A DNA stretch of 64,000 nt, taken from Torpedo marmorata. Its lineage: Eukaryota. Within the stretch, counting starts at the first letter, position 1, and the number at the start of each line of letters is the position of its first letter. The position numbers and the translations under genes were made by a program. The notes below the pieces were generated by a model. The model worked only from the letters and a program-made list of their open reading frames with translations, was not told the DNA's origin and ran no database searches. Shown one piece after another: positions 62,041 through 64,000 of the stretch. Location of the stretch: positions 58,466,001 to 58,530,000 of the forward strand of contig OZ360238.1 in the NCBI GenBank assembly GCA_977017645.1, written 5' to 3'.

Positions 62041-62755
62041 ATGCTAGCAGGATGTCACCCCATTCTTCTTCCAAATTCTGGCCTAATCTATATGGAAAGC
62101 ATTTGTGTGTGTGATCATAATCTGCCCACCAGAATGCAGAAGCAGACTTTCAAGGCTATTATTGATTTTAGTGCTATATATTCCACAATGTTAATTACCC
62201 GAGTTGCTTTATTTATTCACTCAAAATCTCTTTATTTGCAGTAATTTTATGCAATGCACCAGAATAAGAGTTACGTTTTATAATGTCTTTCATTAATTTA
62301 AGGGCTGAGGAAAGCATTTAATGCCCATCCTAAAATGCTGTTGCAATGTGGCAGTGACCTGCAGCAGACTTTATTATTAATGAATGTACACCCACATGCA
62401 GATGAAGGAAAGATGACACACTTCCCTGTTAGGATGGTGCAGGACTTGGAGGGGCGCCTGGGGGAGAATTGGGGTGGAAGGGAGGCGGCAGGGTGGTGGG
62501 TTATGGTGAGGTGGAGATTAATGTGGGGGTTCCCATGTTCCAGGTGCTCTTGATCTTTTTTTACTGATAGAGGTCATGGTTTGGGGGATGGTGGTGTTGG
62601 TGAAATGAACTTTGTGAATAACTGTACTGCTTATTTAGATGGCACGCACTTCAGCACCTGTGATACAGTGGGTTCATTTTTAGGCTGGTGGATTGGGTGC
62701 CAATGAAGTGGACTGATTTGCCTTGAATGGTGTTAAGTTTCATCAATACCCTTAT

Positions 62756-64000
62756 GATTTCAGATTTATTGTCAGAGAACATACATGAAATCACATACAA
62801 CCCCGAGATTCCTTTTTCCTGCGGGCTAGGTAGAATTACCACTAATTGGTAGTGCAAAAAATAAACTGTACACAGTGTAAAACATGTAAACAAACAAAGA
62901 ACTGTAAACAGATAACAAATGTAAACAAACAGTGCAATACAGAGAGAACAAAAAGAAAATCAATAAAGTGCATAAGTAAGAGTCCTTAAATGAGTCTATG
63001 ATTGAGTTTGTCGTTGAGGAGTCTGATGGTGGAGGGGTAGCAGCTGCTCCTGAACCTAGTGGTGCGAGTCTTGTGGCACCTATACCTCTTTCCTGATGGC
63101 AGCAGCGAGAACAGAGCGTGTGCTGGGTTGTGAGGGTCTTTGATGATTGCTGCTGCTCTCCGACGGCAGCATTCCCTGCAGATGTTCTCAATAGTGGGGA
63201 GGGTTTTGCCTGTGATGTCCTGGGCTGTGTCCACTACCTTTTGGAGGGCTTTACACTCAGGGGTATTGGTGTTTCCATACCAGGCCGTAATGCAGCCGGT
63301 CAGCACAGTTTCCACCACACCTTTGTAGAAATTTGCCAAGGTTTCTGATGTCATACCAAACCTCCGCAAACTCCTGAGGAAGTAGAGGTGCTGACGTGCT
63401 TTCTTCATGATGCCATTGGTGTGTTGGGTCCAGGAAAGATCCTCCGAGATAGTGACTCCCAAAAACTTAAATTTGCTCACCCTCTCCACCTCTGATCCCC
63501 CAATGATCACTGGATTGTATACCTCTGGCTGTCCTTTCCCGAAGTCAACAATCAGCTCCTTAGTTTTGGTGACATTGAGTGCAAGGTTGTTGTTGCTGCA
63601 CCATTCAGCCAAGTTTTCAATCTCCATCCTGTATGCTGACTCATCCCCTTCCTTTATACAACCACTACCATGGTATCATCGGCAAATTTGTAGATGGTGT
63701 TATTGTCGTACCGAGCCACACAGTTGTAGGTGTAAAGTGAGTAGAGCAGGGGGCTAAGAACACAGCTCTGCGGTGCTCCGATACTGATGGAGATTGTGGA
63801 GGAGAAGTTCTTAGAAATCTTTACTGATTGTGGTCTGGAGGTGAGGAAATCCATGATCCAATTGCACAGTGGGGTGTTAACCCCCAGGTCTTGGAGTTTG
63901 TTGATCAGTTTTGAGTGGATGATGATGTTAAATGACGAACTGTAGTCGATAAAGAGCATCCTATGTACACTTATGCATCTTTGCTGTCCAAGTGTTCCAG
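62756..64000 (-). mobile_element. Rex1/Babar LINE 3' part (third family); runs off window end
   Basis: [38 protein letters not shown]; TGACAATAAATCTGAA tail. Confidence 0.92.

Overview
Vertebrate, most likely cartilaginous-fish, genomic DNA. The clade call is inferred from HE1-like V-SINEs, SacSINE1-like DeuSINEs and shark-type CR1 and Penelope families. Roughly two thirds of the window is transposon-derived. It holds one apparently intact single-ORF Rex1/Babar LINE (APE+RT, 12572..15685) and many decayed Rex, CR1, L2 and RTE copies. It also holds three 5'-truncated but stop-free L1 copies, a decayed Mag-type Gypsy provirus, two solo LTRs, Penelope remnants with derived hairpin elements, SINEs and a hAT-type MITE. 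Four small phase-compatible candidate exons on + (21638, 28688, 40391, 58897) suggest the window is mostly intronic sequence of a long, unidentified gene. A TE-poor block (37.2-44 kb) has enhancer-like motif clusters. The most notable candidate system is a Rex1/Babar LINE plus two non-autonomous elements sharing its 3' signal: a CpG-island-like element and a 5S rRNA-headed SINE. All family calls are from motif recognition by eye, without database searches, and boundaries of decayed elements are approximate.
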